64,000 nucleotides of DNA from Lachnoclostridium sp. UBA5725 (GTDB taxonomy: Bacteria > Bacillota > Clostridia > Lachnospirales > Lachnospiraceae), in the NCBI GenBank assembly GCA_002419585.1, contig DIGJ01000018.1, positions 44,566-108,565 of the forward strand, read 5' to 3'. Position numbers and translations under genes: made by a program. This document shows positions 9,693 to 20,271 of this stretch, in pieces; the first letter of the stretch is position 1, and every line of letters starts with the position of its first letter. The notes under the pieces were generated by a model. That model saw nothing but the letters and a program-made list of their open reading frames with translations. It did not search any database and was not told the DNA's origin.

Positions 9693-10437
9693 CTGTCTTT
9701 ACCGCCAATCGATTAATCTGTGTTGCCATATAAGCTGCTCCGTAACCATTATCAATGTTAACCACTGCAATTCCATTTGCACAGGAATTTATCATGGTTA
9801 AAAGAGCAGACACTCCTCCAAAATTGGCTCCATATCCCACCGAAGTTGGTACTGCTATTACTGGCATGTCAACCAATCCAGCTACCACACTTCCAAGTGC
9901 ACCTTCCATCCCCGCAACCGCTACAATACAATTGGCTGACTGAATTTCCTCTAACTGGGATAACAATCGATGAATCCCAGCAACACCCACGTCGTAAATA
10001 CGGGTTACCTTGGCTCCAAAAAATTCAGCTGTTTGTGCTGCTTCTTCTGCAACCGGAATATCAGCTGTTCCAGCTGTGCACACTACTATATTTCCAATTC
10101 CTTCTCTTGGATTTTTTTGAATCTTTATGATACGAGAAATAGGATCAAACATAACCGTTGGAATCTGCGGCTTCAACAATTCAAATTGTTCCTTTGTTCC
10201 TCTTGTACCCATAATATCTTCTCCCTTTTCGTAAAAGGAGCGATAGATTCCTAATAGGTGTTCATCTGCCTTTCCACCACAAAAAATTACTTCACCAACT
10301 TTTGTACGCAGTTTTCTATGATGGTCAAGTTTCGCATATCCTAAATCCTCATAAGGAAGATTTTTTAGCAACTTTTCACCCTCTAAAACGGTAAGTGTTC
10401 CATTTTTAATCTCATTTAGTATCTTCGATACGTCCAT
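9685..10437 (-). CDS. larB: LarB, pyridinium-3,5-biscarboxylic acid mononucleotide synthase (PurE-like)
   Basis: VVCTAGTADIPVAEEAAQTAEFFGAKV and AVAGMEGALGSVVAGL are AIR-carboxylase-like. It overlaps larC by 8 nt. The ATG at 10437 has an AAAGGAGG SD. Confidence 0.85.
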   Translation of the reverse strand: MDVSKILNEIKNGTLTVLEGEKLLKNLPYEDLGYAKLDHHRKLRTKVGEVIFCGGKADEHLLGIYRSFYEKGEDIMGTRGTKEQFELLKPQIPTVMFDPISRIIKIQKNPREGIGNIVVCTAGTADIPVAEEAAQTAEFFGAKVTRIYDVGVAGIHRLLSQLEEIQSANCIVAVAGMEGALGSVVAGLVDMPVIAVPTSVGYGANFGGVSALLTMINSCANGIAVVNIDNGYGAAYMATQINRLAVKTDE

Positions 10438-10457
10438 TTTTCCTCCTTTGGGCACTG

Positions 10458-12044
10458 CTACGCAATTTTCCTTAAATCAAGTTTCATATTATGGTAGTAG
10501 AGTAATAATGTTATGCCCCCTACAAATATGGTAGTCGCAGCAAAAATCCAATTTGCAGAAACGACTCGTAAAAGAAAGAATCCTGCAATCGGAATCGCTA
10601 CACTAATCATTCCCACTACGATAAATATAAAGGTTGCTGCACTTTGTTTTATAACATCAACCTCATTGTCCCATTTGAGCTTTGGCAATTTCAAGTTAAT
10701 AGACAATCCTGCGACTGCTGAAAACAAGCAATAAACCATTGGTGTCACAAACAGCCAAATCAATTCCATTCCTTTAAATGGGAGGGCAAATGCAAACATA
10801 AGTGATGTAAGTACTGCCGATGGAATGGATAAGGTTAAATTCACGAGTATTTTGCTATCAAATATCGTCTTCGGCGCAATCGGAAGGGATAATAGTATAT
10901 CCCATTGCTTTCCTTCTAAAGAAATAGAAGAGGAAGTAGTCGAATTAATACAAACCATGGAAGCAATAATTAAGGGTGATATTGACGCAATTACGTTCTC
11001 AAATCCTGGTATATTAAGCATGGTTTCAAGTCGTTTTGCTCCCATAACGAGTATTGCGATTCCCATTGCAAGCATCATAATATATCCAATCCCTGCATTT
11101 AAAACATATACAGAGGAAGAAAAGAATCGTTTCCTCTCTTTTTCATAAAGTGCTTTTAACGGTGACTTTGTACTAAGCTGCGTGAATTGATAATTGCTTT
11201 TGGTCATATGCGCTTTTAGCGCACTATTTATCTCTACATACTTCCAAGCAGTTAGTCTTACAAATAAATAGAATATACCAATAGACAAAACAGCAAAAAT
11301 CAAAAAAGAAAGTCCATTATTTTCAATCATTGCTTTGGAATAAATCGAAGTCAGCGGATACATTTTTTGCAATTGTTTGGTTAAAACAAGGGAAAGATTT
11401 GCATAATCGTTTGCTTTCAAATTACCACTTCCAAACGATAAGGCCATAATTCCTAAGGTTGCACTCATTGTAAATACAATGGATATCAGATTTTTATGTT
11501 TCATTCTTGATGCAACTGCTGTGATAATAGCGCCTATCATAGCTGCTATGGTCATTGGGATGAGCGGAATCAGAAAAACACTCAAAATTAGCATGACATA
11601 GAACCATAGCGATACCTTTACAAATGTAACATATACAAAAGCGCTGGGAATCATGGTCAACGCACTGAATGCTAAATTATTGACATACATCGTTAAAAAC
11701 CGGCTTGCAACGATAGTTTTCGGTAAAATCGGAAGTGCGCTTAACAGCTCATAATCATTCGCACCAAACAACATTCCATTTGTCTTAAAGATTGTAAACA
11801 GTAAGATAACCACACTTGTAATGGCAAGCATGTAGGACGGGATGAGTTTTGTCATACCAATCATCTGCAAGGAATATGCCACCATCCCCACATACATAGC
11901 CAACGTAGCGCCTACAACCAAAAAGCAAAATGCCATAAGGATTGCCGTACTCTTTTTCTTTTTATCATGAGAATGCAGGATATCATTGATACCAAAAATA
12001 CGAAGCAGCTGTACTTTGAGTAGTATCTTTAAGTCTTTAAGCAT
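10458..12044 (-). CDS. multi-pass ABC-2-type exporter permease
   Basis: 528 aa with at least 10 hydrophobic helices. It overlaps the upstream ATPase gene by 8 nt. Confidence 0.7.
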   Translation of the reverse strand: MLKDLKILLKVQLLRIFGINDILHSHDKKKKSTAILMAFCFLVVGATLAMYVGMVAYSLQMIGMTKLIPSYMLAITSVVILLFTIFKTNGMLFGANDYELLSALPILPKTIVASRFLTMYVNNLAFSALTMIPSAFVYVTFVKVSLWFYVMLILSVFLIPLIPMTIAAMIGAIITAVASRMKHKNLISIVFTMSATLGIMALSFGSGNLKANDYANLSLVLTKQLQKMYPLTSIYSKAMIENNGLSFLIFAVLSIGIFYLFVRLTAWKYVEINSALKAHMTKSNYQFTQLSTKSPLKALYEKERKRFFSSSVYVLNAGIGYIMMLAMGIAILVMGAKRLETMLNIPGFENVIASISPLIIASMVCINSTTSSSISLEGKQWDILLSLPIAPKTIFDSKILVNLTLSIPSAVLTSLMFAFALPFKGMELIWLFVTPMVYCLFSAVAGLSINLKLPKLKWDNEVDVIKQSAATFIFIVVGMISVAIPIAGFFLLRVVSANWIFAATTIFVGGITLLLYYHNMKLDLRKIA

Positions 12045-12750
12045 GACTTACAACCTCCATAAATACCTCTTCCAAAGAATTGTCTTTGGTCAATTCTTCC
12101 ATTACTCCGTCGTAAACTAGTGTTCCATTTTTAATGATTGCTATTTTATTACACAATTTTTCTGCCACATCCAACACATGGGTTGAGAAGAAAATTGCAC
12201 AACCTTGATCACACATCTGACGCATTCTGTTTTTGAGTGTCAAAGCTGCCTTTGGATCAAGGCCAACAAAAGGTTCATCCAAGATTAATAATTTCGGTTG
12301 ATGTAAAAGTGCCGATATGATAGCGAGTTTTTGCTTCATACCATGAGAATAAGAAGAAATTAAATCACCTAAATTACTGGTAATCTCAAACTCATCCGCA
12401 TATTCTTTGATTCTTTGTTCTCTTACTTCTTTCCCTACCTGAAAAATATCTCCAATAAAGTTTAAATACTGGATACCAGTAAGATGCTCATAAAGGTCTG
12501 GATTGTCAGGGATATAAGCAAGCATCGATTTACAATCCTTCGCATCGGTTCGAATCGACTTTCCATCAATCAAAATCTCTCCTTCTTCAAAATCAATGAT
12601 TCCAACAATCGCTTTTATGGTTGTCGTTTTACCTGCACCATTGTGCCCGATAAATCCATAAATATCTCCTGCTTTGATTTCTAGACTTAAGTCGGATACT
12701 GCTGGTTTATTTCCCTTATATGTTTTTGACAAATGATTGATCGTTAACAT
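12037..12750 (-). CDS. ABC transporter ATP-binding protein
   Basis: Walker A GHNGAGKTT, signature YSHGMKQKL and Walker B LLILDEP. Confidence 0.9.
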   Translation of the reverse strand: MLTINHLSKTYKGNKPAVSDLSLEIKAGDIYGFIGHNGAGKTTTIKAIVGIIDFEEGEILIDGKSIRTDAKDCKSMLAYIPDNPDLYEHLTGIQYLNFIGDIFQVGKEVREQRIKEYADEFEITSNLGDLISSYSHGMKQKLAIISALLHQPKLLILDEPFVGLDPKAALTLKNRMRQMCDQGCAIFFSTHVLDVAEKLCNKIAIIKNGTLVYDGVMEELTKDNSLEEVFMEVVSHA

Positions 12751-12759
12751 AGGCCCCTC

Positions 12760-14577
12760 CTATTTTCGTTTAAAATGAAACATTCTTCCTGAAAATTTAA
12801 TAATATCAAGCATAATATATGGCTTATTTGTTTTAGCATTCCGTGTTTTCAAAGATATGTCTTTCTTTTTCGTCGCTCCACCAAATGCTTCCCAATCGGA
12901 ATTTAATACTTCCGTTAGTATACCATCCACTTCCACTTCGATGGTATAATCTTTCACGTCTTGATTCATGAAATTAAAAAATACCATAAAACAATCCTTT
13001 TTGGCTCCCCTTCGATATGCATATATGCACTTTTCTTCTCCATGCACTTCCAGCCATTTAAAATAATCGCTATCATATTCTTCGCTATATAAGGACGGTT
13101 GCATACAATAAATTTGATGAAGCTCCCTCATATAATGATGAAATGCATCATGAAGCGGATAGTTTAGCATATCAAAATCCTGGCCTCTGCTTTCATCCCA
13201 CTCACGAAATTGTGCAAACTCATTCCCCATAAAATTAAGCTTTTTTCCTGGATGCGTAAACATATATAGATATAAGGCCCTTGCTTGTGGAAATTTATCT
13301 TCGTAGGATCCCCACATTTTTTGAATAATCGTTGCCTTCCCATGTACTACTTCATCATGAGACAAAGCAAGTAAATATAATTCCTTATAAAAATAATACA
13401 TGGAAAAGGTCAGTTTGTGATAATTCTTGCTTCTATTTTCCGGTGGAAGTTTAAAATATGCTAGTGTATCATTCATCCATCCCATATCCCATTTGTAATC
13501 GAATCCAAGTCCATCATATTCAACCGGAGCACATACTTTTTCGTAATCCGTAGAATCTTCTGCAATCAGCATAGCATTAGGATGCAGATTATGTAATCCC
13601 TCATTCATCACTCGAATAAATTCGATTCCCCATTCGTTGACCCCTCGGCTCTTATCACCCATCCAGTAGACTGCCCGGCTCACCGCATCCATTCGTATTC
13701 CATCAAAATGGTATTTCGTAAGCCAGTAATTTGCAGCCGATTGAAGAAAGCTTCGCACCTCTCCTCTTGCAAAATTAAAGTTAAGACTACCCCATTCACT
13801 AACTCCAATGTCAGTTTCTGGATACTCAAAAAGTGCCGTTCCATCGTATCGCCTAAGTGCATAATCATCGACTGCAAAATGTACCGGTACAAAATCCATA
13901 ATTACTCCAATATCCGCTTGATGGCAGGCATTTACCAACTCCATGAGTTGCCTTGGTGTCCCATACCTAGAGGTCGGACTAAAAAATCCGGTATTTTGAT
14001 ATCCCCAGGAACAATCGGCTGGATGCTCACTTAACGGTAAAAATTCGATGTGTGTATAACCATTTTCCTTTATATACGGAAGTAGCAGGTCCTTCATCTG
14101 CGAATATGTATACCATCCATGTTCGTCAGTTTCATTTGTCTTCCAAGATCCGAAATGTATCTCGTAAATATTAAGTGGACGATTGTAATTTTTATCCCGA
14201 TTTTTCATCCACTTTTCATCACTAAATGGATAGGATATATCAGCAATCCGACTTGCATTTTTAGGGCGAAGTTCCATCGAAAAACCGACAGGATCACAGT
14301 GCTCAACATAAGTATCATCTTGTCCATGTATTTTATATTTATAAAGCATTCCCTCTTTCGCCTTTGGAACAAAAATAGAAAAGATGCCACTTTGTTCCTC
14401 CTGCTCCATTTCTTCTTCTTTCCAACCATTAAAATCACCCATTAGCCACACATGCTTTGCACCCGGCGCATAGGTACGAAACCTAGTTCCGTTTTCTTCT
14501 ATATGTGCCCCAAAATAATCATATATATCAAACGCTTTTCCGATATAAAAATCATGCTTTTTCATATCCCAATTCAC
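12760..14577 (-). CDS. glgB: 1,4-alpha-glucan branching enzyme
   Basis: GH13 motifs GVIMDFVPVHF, FDGIRMDAV, IAEDST and ALSHDEVVHGK. The true start may be the ATG at 14565, since the track start is a GTG. Confidence 0.9.
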   Translation of the reverse strand: MNWDMKKHDFYIGKAFDIYDYFGAHIEENGTRFRTYAPGAKHVWLMGDFNGWKEEEMEQEEQSGIFSIFVPKAKEGMLYKYKIHGQDDTYVEHCDPVGFSMELRPKNASRIADISYPFSDEKWMKNRDKNYNRPLNIYEIHFGSWKTNETDEHGWYTYSQMKDLLLPYIKENGYTHIEFLPLSEHPADCSWGYQNTGFFSPTSRYGTPRQLMELVNACHQADIGVIMDFVPVHFAVDDYALRRYDGTALFEYPETDIGVSEWGSLNFNFARGEVRSFLQSAANYWLTKYHFDGIRMDAVSRAVYWMGDKSRGVNEWGIEFIRVMNEGLHNLHPNAMLIAEDSTDYEKVCAPVEYDGLGFDYKWDMGWMNDTLAYFKLPPENRSKNYHKLTFSMYYFYKELYLLALSHDEVVHGKATIIQKMWGSYEDKFPQARALYLYMFTHPGKKLNFMGNEFAQFREWDESRGQDFDMLNYPLHDAFHHYMRELHQIYCMQPSLYSEEYDSDYFKWLEVHGEEKCIYAYRRGAKKDCFMVFFNFMNQDVKDYTIEVEVDGILTEVLNSDWEAFGGATKKKDISLKTRNAKTNKPYIMLDIIKFSGRMFHFKRK

Positions 14578-15778
14578 CCTCTTTTTCTGTAAAAATTAAA
14601 ATGCATACAAAACCTGCGATTGCAAACACAACACTTATCCATAACATGGAAAACACACCATACACATCAATTAGCGTTCCTCCTAATACGTTTCCAATCA
14701 CTGCACCGGCAGTCATCGCACTCGTAGTATATGCCTGCCCTTTCACACGGTCTTTTTCTTTCATCACGACATTTATATAATAAACCGATGCTGGAATCAT
14801 TATAGCATAGGCAAAAATTTGTAGCATCTGGTCTACATACAGCATCACCATATTTGTTGCGATCAATGCCCCTATTGCTTTCAATACAAAAAAGAATGCA
14901 GAAACAAATATTAATTTCCGAATGCCCGTTTTCTTTACAACTATCGTAAAAAATCCCATAGCTGGAAGTTCTACTGCCGCTGCAATAAAGATAGCCAGTC
15001 CCAGTGATTTACTTGTTCCACCAAAACGGTTTACCACATGAATCAGATAATTATTAAACATTGTGTGATAGGTAAAAATAAGTAATATACCAAGAAGATA
15101 GCCAAGAAAGCGCTTGTAATCCCTTATAAAATCAATCAATTTCCCATTATCGCTTGTATTCCTTTTATCCGTTTTTTTCTTTGCTTCATCATCTTCAACC
15201 GGAAGATTCCCTATATTCTTTACCATAAAAAGACAAATAAATAATCCTAAAATTAAAAGAAAAGAAACATATGGTATCGCATCTGGTCCTAATCGTTCCA
15301 CTAAAACACCCAAAAAATAAGAAATCATGGCATAGGCTACCGAACCAATTCCCCTTGTAACACCAAAATTAACAAAAATTCCATTATTTATAAATTCAAA
15401 AACAAGACCATTGATCAATGGCTGCATGATAATGATAGAGGTAAAAATAAGTACAAATAGAGATGCAATAATAAGGAATGAATCTGGAATAAAAATAAGT
15501 ACCGCTGAAAAACTGAGCGCCATGAATGCTAATATACAAACCAGCTGCTTTAACGTAACACGTTTGGAAGAATCAGCAAACGATGCAACCATAGGTTGCA
15601 AGAAGACCGCAAAAATATTCGCTAAAGCAAGCACCAGACCAATTTCACGATTATCAAAATCCTTAGATAATAAAAATACCGATGCAAACCCACCCGTACT
15701 GCAAAATGCCATCCAGTAAAAACTTTGTATAAAACTAAAATTCAGATTCAAATCATGTTCCACTTTTTTCGTATCCAT
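14552..15778 (-). CDS. MFS transporter
   Basis: 408 aa with about 12 TM helices and a central charged loop (VEDDEAKKKTDKRNTSD). Confidence 0.8.
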   Translation of the reverse strand: MDTKKVEHDLNLNFSFIQSFYWMAFCSTGGFASVFLLSKDFDNREIGLVLALANIFAVFLQPMVASFADSSKRVTLKQLVCILAFMALSFSAVLIFIPDSFLIIASLFVLIFTSIIIMQPLINGLVFEFINNGIFVNFGVTRGIGSVAYAMISYFLGVLVERLGPDAIPYVSFLLILGLFICLFMVKNIGNLPVEDDEAKKKTDKRNTSDNGKLIDFIRDYKRFLGYLLGILLIFTYHTMFNNYLIHVVNRFGGTSKSLGLAIFIAAAVELPAMGFFTIVVKKTGIRKLIFVSAFFFVLKAIGALIATNMVMLYVDQMLQIFAYAIMIPASVYYINVVMKEKDRVKGQAYTTSAMTAGAVIGNVLGGTLIDVYGVFSMLWISVVFAIAGFVCILIFTEKEGELGYEKA

Positions 15779-15980
15779 TTATTATAATCTCCAAATCTTC
15801 TGTAAACGCTTTGCTTCTATTATATGTCATCTGTTTTCTTTTTTCTATCTAAATTTCTATACCGTTTGTTATTACAATTCCCATTGTTTTTCAGTATATT
15901 ATGCACGATATGGATATACTAAAATAAGTAACCGTTGTAGTTATCATGAAAAGGAATCAAAAGAAAGAAAGGATTGTATT

Positions 15981-16508
15981 ATGAGTCGAAAAATCATTTT
16001 AAATATGGCTATGAGCCTGGATGGATACATCTCAGACAATACCGGCGGCTTTGATTGGATTTACGGAGATGGAAACCGTTCCCTTGATACAAAAGATCAA
16101 TGGTCCTATGAGAAATTTGTCAAAGAAGTTGACACCGTAGTCATGGGACATACCTGTTTTGAGCAGAAATTTAGCGAAGCCTTTTCCGATAAAAAAATCT
16201 ATGTTGCCACTGAAAGTCACAAAGAAGATCATGATAATATACATTTCATCCAAGATAATATTACCAAGCCGATTCTGGAGGAAATGAAACAAGACGGAAA
16301 AAATATCTTTCTCTTTGGCGGAGGAATCACCATTGACCCCTTTATCAAAGCAAACTTAGTCGATGAATATGTGGTCGGTATCATACCGATAATCTTAGGA
16401 AAAGGCCGGACCCTTTTTCAAAAGGACAACCCACGTATCCGATTATATCTGGATGCCTGCTATATAAATAGTGGCATTACTACTTTACACTATAAGAAAA
16501 AAATCTAA
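15981..16508 (+). CDS. dihydrofolate reductase-family protein (RibD C-terminal domain)
   Basis: KIILNMAMSLDGYISD and LFGGGITIDPF are typical of the RibD_C/DHFR-like family. Confidence 0.75.
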   Translation: MSRKIILNMAMSLDGYISDNTGGFDWIYGDGNRSLDTKDQWSYEKFVKEVDTVVMGHTCFEQKFSEAFSDKKIYVATESHKEDHDNIHFIQDNITKPILEEMKQDGKNIFLFGGGITIDPFIKANLVDEYVVGIIPIILGKGRTLFQKDNPRIRLYLDACYINSGITTLHYKKKI

Positions 16509-16616
16509 ATATCGGATTTGAACAGCACAAATATTTCAAAATTATAAAATTTCCATAGAAAACGAACTTGAATCGTGGTATTATATATTAAGTTTTTACC
16601 ACTAGGAGGTTCCATT

Positions 16617-17183
16617 ATGTCCCAGACAACAAAAAAAGCTCTCGTTGCCTCACTGAAAAAATTACTTGTGCTAAAACCTCTGGATAAAATCACAGTTGTC
16701 GATATCGTAGAAGACTGTGAAGTCAATCGCCAGACATTTTACTATCACTTTCAAGATATCTATGACTTAATCGAATGGATGTTTTTAAGTGAATCCACCA
16801 AAGCGCTCGATGGAAATAAGACCTATGATACCTGGCAGGTTGGATTCTTACAAATTTTTGAGTATGTGGAACATAACAAAACACTGGTAACCAATATTTA
16901 TCACTCCATCTCAAGGACTCATTTGGAACGTTTTCTTGGAAACGAAACGTATTCTTTATTAATCGGTGTCATAAACGAAATGGCGAAAGGAATGTCCATT
17001 CGTGACGAATATAAAAATTTCATTGCTAATTTTTATAAATTTGCATTTGTTGGATTAATGCTCGATTGGATTGAATCTGGTATGAAAGAAGAACCTGCAC
17101 TCATCATAGAACGCCTTAGTATTTTAATTCATGGAGATATTTTGAAAGCGCTCAATATATACCGAACCGATTCCATAAATTAG
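16617..17183 (+). CDS. TetR/AcrR-family transcriptional regulator
   Basis: KITVVDIVEDCEVNRQTFYYHFQDIYDL is a TetR HTH. The ATG at 16617 is preceded by AGGAGG. It lies directly upstream of oleate hydratase. Confidence 0.8.
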   Translation: MSQTTKKALVASLKKLLVLKPLDKITVVDIVEDCEVNRQTFYYHFQDIYDLIEWMFLSESTKALDGNKTYDTWQVGFLQIFEYVEHNKTLVTNIYHSISRTHLERFLGNETYSLLIGVINEMAKGMSIRDEYKNFIANFYKFAFVGLMLDWIESGMKEEPALIIERLSILIHGDILKALNIYRTDSIN

Positions 17184-17323
17184 ACAAACGCAACCGTGTG
17201 TCTAAACTTTCTACAATAACCGTATCATGTCGAAACTTTCGGCATGGTACTTTTTTTGTCTATGGAAAAATATTTAAGGAAAGACTATCCTTTAGATACA
17301 AAATAATTTTGGAGGTGTTCTAT

Positions 17324-19093
17324 ATGTATTATAGTAATGGTAATTATGAAGCGTTTGCTCGTCCAGAAAAGCCAGCAAACGTTGATAGAAAATCCGCTTA
17401 TTTAGTTGGTTCTGGTCTTGCATCTTTAGCTGCTGCATGTTTCCTCGTTCGTGATGGACAAATGAAAGGTGAGCACATTCATATTTTAGAAGAATTAAAA
17501 CTTCCAGGTGGTGCCTGCGACGGTATCAATGATCCACAAAAAGGGTTCGTCATTCGTGGTGGCCGTGAAATGGAAAATCACTTTGAATGCTTATGGGATT
17601 TGTTCCGTTCCATTCCATCGATCGAAACAGATGGCGCTTCCGTTCTTGACGAATACTATTGGCTCAATAAGCACGATCCGAACTATTCCTTGATGAGAGC
17701 CACTGAAAAACGCGGAAAAGATGCTCATACGGATGGCAAATTTGGACTTTCCAATAAAGCCTCAATGGAACTCATGAAATTATTCTTTATGAAGGATGAA
17801 GATCTTTATGACAAGAGAATCGATGAAATTTTCACCGACGAAGTATTCTCTTCCAACTTCTGGCTCTACTGGCGTACCATGTTCGCATTTGAAAACTGGC
17901 ACAGTGCATTGGAAATGAAATTGTACATCCAACGTTTTATTCATCATATTGGAGGACTGCCTGATTTTAAAGCATTAAAATTCACAAAATACAATCAATA
18001 TGATTCTCTTATCCTTCCAATGGTAAAATATTTAGAGGACCATGGCGTTCACTTCCAATACGATACCATGGTAACCAATGTTATCTTCGATATTAAAAAA
18101 GACAAAAAAGTAGCAAAACAAATTATTTGCCTACATAATGGAAAAGAAGAAAAAATTGATTTAATCGAAGATGACTTAGTATTTGTAACCAACGGAAGCT
18201 GTACCGAAAATGCAACCCTTGGTGATCAAGATCATGCACCAGAATTCAAAATAGAACATGGCGGTTGCTGGGATCTTTGGAGAAATATTGCAGCACAGGA
18301 TCCATCCTTTGGACATCCTGACAAATTCTGTACCGATACCAAGGCTACCAACTGGGAATCTGCTACTGTTACAACGCTTGATGACCGAATTCCAAAATAC
18401 ATTGAAAAGATCTGTAAACGTGATCCATTCAGCGGTAAAGTCGTTACTGGTGGTATCATTACTGCAAAAGACTCTAGCTGGTTATTAAGCTATACCTTAA
18501 ATCGTCAACCACACTTTAAAGATCAGCCAAAAGATCAGCTTGTTGTCTGGGTATATGGACTCTTCACAGACGTACCTGGCGATTATATTAAAAAACCAAT
18601 GAAAGAATGTACCGGAGTCGAGATTACCGAAGAATGGCTCTATCATATGGGCGTTCCTGAATCTGAAATTCACGATATGGCAACAAAATCTGCACGTGCT
18701 ATCCCTTGTATGATGCCTTATATTACCGCATTTTTCATGCCAAGAACAAAAGGTGACCGTCCTGACGTTGTACCAAAAGGCTGTGTAAACTTCGCATTCC
18801 TTGGTCAGTTCGCAGAAACGGTACGTGATACCGTATTTACAACAGAATACTCCGTTCGTACTGCTATGGAAGCGGTATATACACTTCTTGATGTAGACCG
18901 TGGTGTTCCAGAAGTATTTGGTTCCTGCTATGATGTTCGTGTCTTATTGGATTCTACCGTAAAGATGATGGATGGAAAAAAACCAATTGATATGAAGCTT
19001 CCATTCTTAGCTGGACTTGCGAGTAAAAAGGCTTTGAAGAAAATTAAAGGTACTGTGATCGAGGAAGTTTTAGAACGGTATCATGTAATTTAA
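17324..19093 (+). CDS. ohyA: oleate hydratase (MCRA family, FAD-dependent)
   Basis: MYYSNGNYEAFARPEKP..., the FAD fold AYLVGSGLASLAAACFLVRDG, and GGREMENHFECLWDLF. The ATG at 17324 has a GGAGG SD. The upstream 42 codons of the track ORF are not supported. Confidence 0.9.
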   Translation: MYYSNGNYEAFARPEKPANVDRKSAYLVGSGLASLAAACFLVRDGQMKGEHIHILEELKLPGGACDGINDPQKGFVIRGGREMENHFECLWDLFRSIPSIETDGASVLDEYYWLNKHDPNYSLMRATEKRGKDAHTDGKFGLSNKASMELMKLFFMKDEDLYDKRIDEIFTDEVFSSNFWLYWRTMFAFENWHSALEMKLYIQRFIHHIGGLPDFKALKFTKYNQYDSLILPMVKYLEDHGVHFQYDTMVTNVIFDIKKDKKVAKQIICLHNGKEEKIDLIEDDLVFVTNGSCTENATLGDQDHAPEFKIEHGGCWDLWRNIAAQDPSFGHPDKFCTDTKATNWESATVTTLDDRIPKYIEKICKRDPFSGKVVTGGIITAKDSSWLLSYTLNRQPHFKDQPKDQLVVWVYGLFTDVPGDYIKKPMKECTGVEITEEWLYHMGVPESEIHDMATKSARAIPCMMPYITAFFMPRTKGDRPDVVPKGCVNFAFLGQFAETVRDTVFTTEYSVRTAMEAVYTLLDVDRGVPEVFGSCYDVRVLLDSTVKMMDGKKPIDMKLPFLAGLASKKALKKIKGTVIEEVLERYHVI

Positions 19094-19105
19094 ATATGGG
19101 TTAAT

Positions 19106-19283
19106 GAAGGACGGACGCGAGTCTTTTTTGAGGAGTGACGCTATAAAAGGCTGAGCATTTTAGACTTACTACAATTTACACGGCTCCCCTGCTGGGATTT
19201 TATATCAATCGTATAAGCATTCCACGTAACCTCTGAACATCGAAAATCGACTCTTAAGGGAGTCGATTTTCGATAGAGTTTAC
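19106..19283. repeat. palindromic MITE-like repeat, copy A (one arm plus central hairpin)
   Basis: GAAGGACGGACGCGAGTC...GGCTGAGC...CAATTTACACGGCTCCC...TTTTATATCA matches 59011-59090 and the reverse complement of 22553-22690. A perfect 15-bp hairpin lies at 19239-19274. Confidence 0.8.
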
Positions 19284-19730
19284 GTTTAATAAATATTTCA
19301 TTTCTATTGCAGATATGCGGTTTTCTTTTTGTAATCTTTTTATATCTATAAAACCAATCTTATGGTAACACTCTATTGCTCTGGTATTGTTTTCTCTTAC
19401 ACGCAACTGTATTTCTTTTATATTAAGCTGTTCGGCTTCTTGGATAATCATTTTAATAGACTGAAATCCGATTCCCTTATTTCGATATTCCTCGTAAGCG
19501 ATAAATACACCTAGTGTAGCATGGTCATCATCAGCATCTTTCTTCTCAAGCCATACACTTCCTATATATTTTTCATCCTGTTTTATATAATACCATATTA
19601 AGTTATACGCATTCTGACACGGGTATATTCTCGACTGGTATTGAGATAAGTCAATACTAAAAACAGCTTCAAATTGCTTGTAAATCTCTTTGTTATTATC
19701 ACACACTACTTCAAAATTCAACATAGGCAA
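19254..19730 (-). CDS. GNAT-family N-acetyltransferase
   Basis: The acetyl-CoA region YRNKGIGFQSIKMIIQEAEQ fits the Q/RxxGxG/A pattern. The last ~8 codons lie inside the repeat-A hairpin. Confidence 0.8.
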   Translation of the reverse strand: MPMLNFEVVCDNNKEIYKQFEAVFSIDLSQYQSRIYPCQNAYNLIWYYIKQDEKYIGSVWLEKKDADDDHATLGVFIAYEEYRNKGIGFQSIKMIIQEAEQLNIKEIQLRVRENNTRAIECYHKIGFIDIKRLQKENRISAIEMKYLLNVNSIENRLP

Positions 19731-19778
19731 CCCCCAAAATATAAATAATCATTATCTTGCGTATTGATTACCATTAAT

Positions 19779-20129
19779 TTATATAATTGCATCCGTCTTT
19801 GTATAGCCTTCAAGAGATCCGGCTTTTACCTGAATACATGCAAAGCTGATTGCACTATCATCTGAAGCAAAGAACTGTCTTTTTCCTTCTGGTGCGATAC
19901 GAATCCAATCGCCGGCTGTAAGTGCAATTTCTTCGCCATCTACAACTACTTTTCCATTGCCTGATAAAACGACATAAATTTCTTCATTTTGCTTATGTGA
20001 ATGAACAAATGGAACACTTGCTCCTGCTGGTAAATTATTAATGCTTACCTCTGCACCTGTTAAGCCAATCTGATCATGAAGTTCTACTCTTGCATCACTA
20101 GGTACACTGATTTTACTAAAATTACTCAT
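19779..20129 (-). CDS. cupin-domain protein
   Basis: Cupin motifs FVHSHKQNEEIYVVLSG and GDWIRIAP. The ATG at 20129 has a GGAGG SD, so the longer track ORF start is unsupported. Confidence 0.75.
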   Translation of the reverse strand: MSNFSKISVPSDARVELHDQIGLTGAEVSINNLPAGASVPFVHSHKQNEEIYVVLSGNGKVVVDGEEIALTAGDWIRIAPEGKRQFFASDDSAISFACIQVKAGSLEGYTKTDAII

Positions 20130-20271
20130 ATTGATAACCTCCGGTTTAAATTGTATAGTTGTATCATTTATTGTTACAACATGTATGGTATCATTTTTTC
20201 GTTGTAATGTCAATGGTTACATCTATATTTTTGTTTAAAAATACCCCATCTTTTTCCAGACAGGGTTCTTT

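Noticed and set aside
17198-17323. 42-codon N-terminal extension of the oleate hydratase ORF.
   Set aside because: The GGAGG SD and the conserved MYYSNGNYEAF N-terminus start at 17324. The extension has no SD and contains a promoter-like AT-rich sequence.
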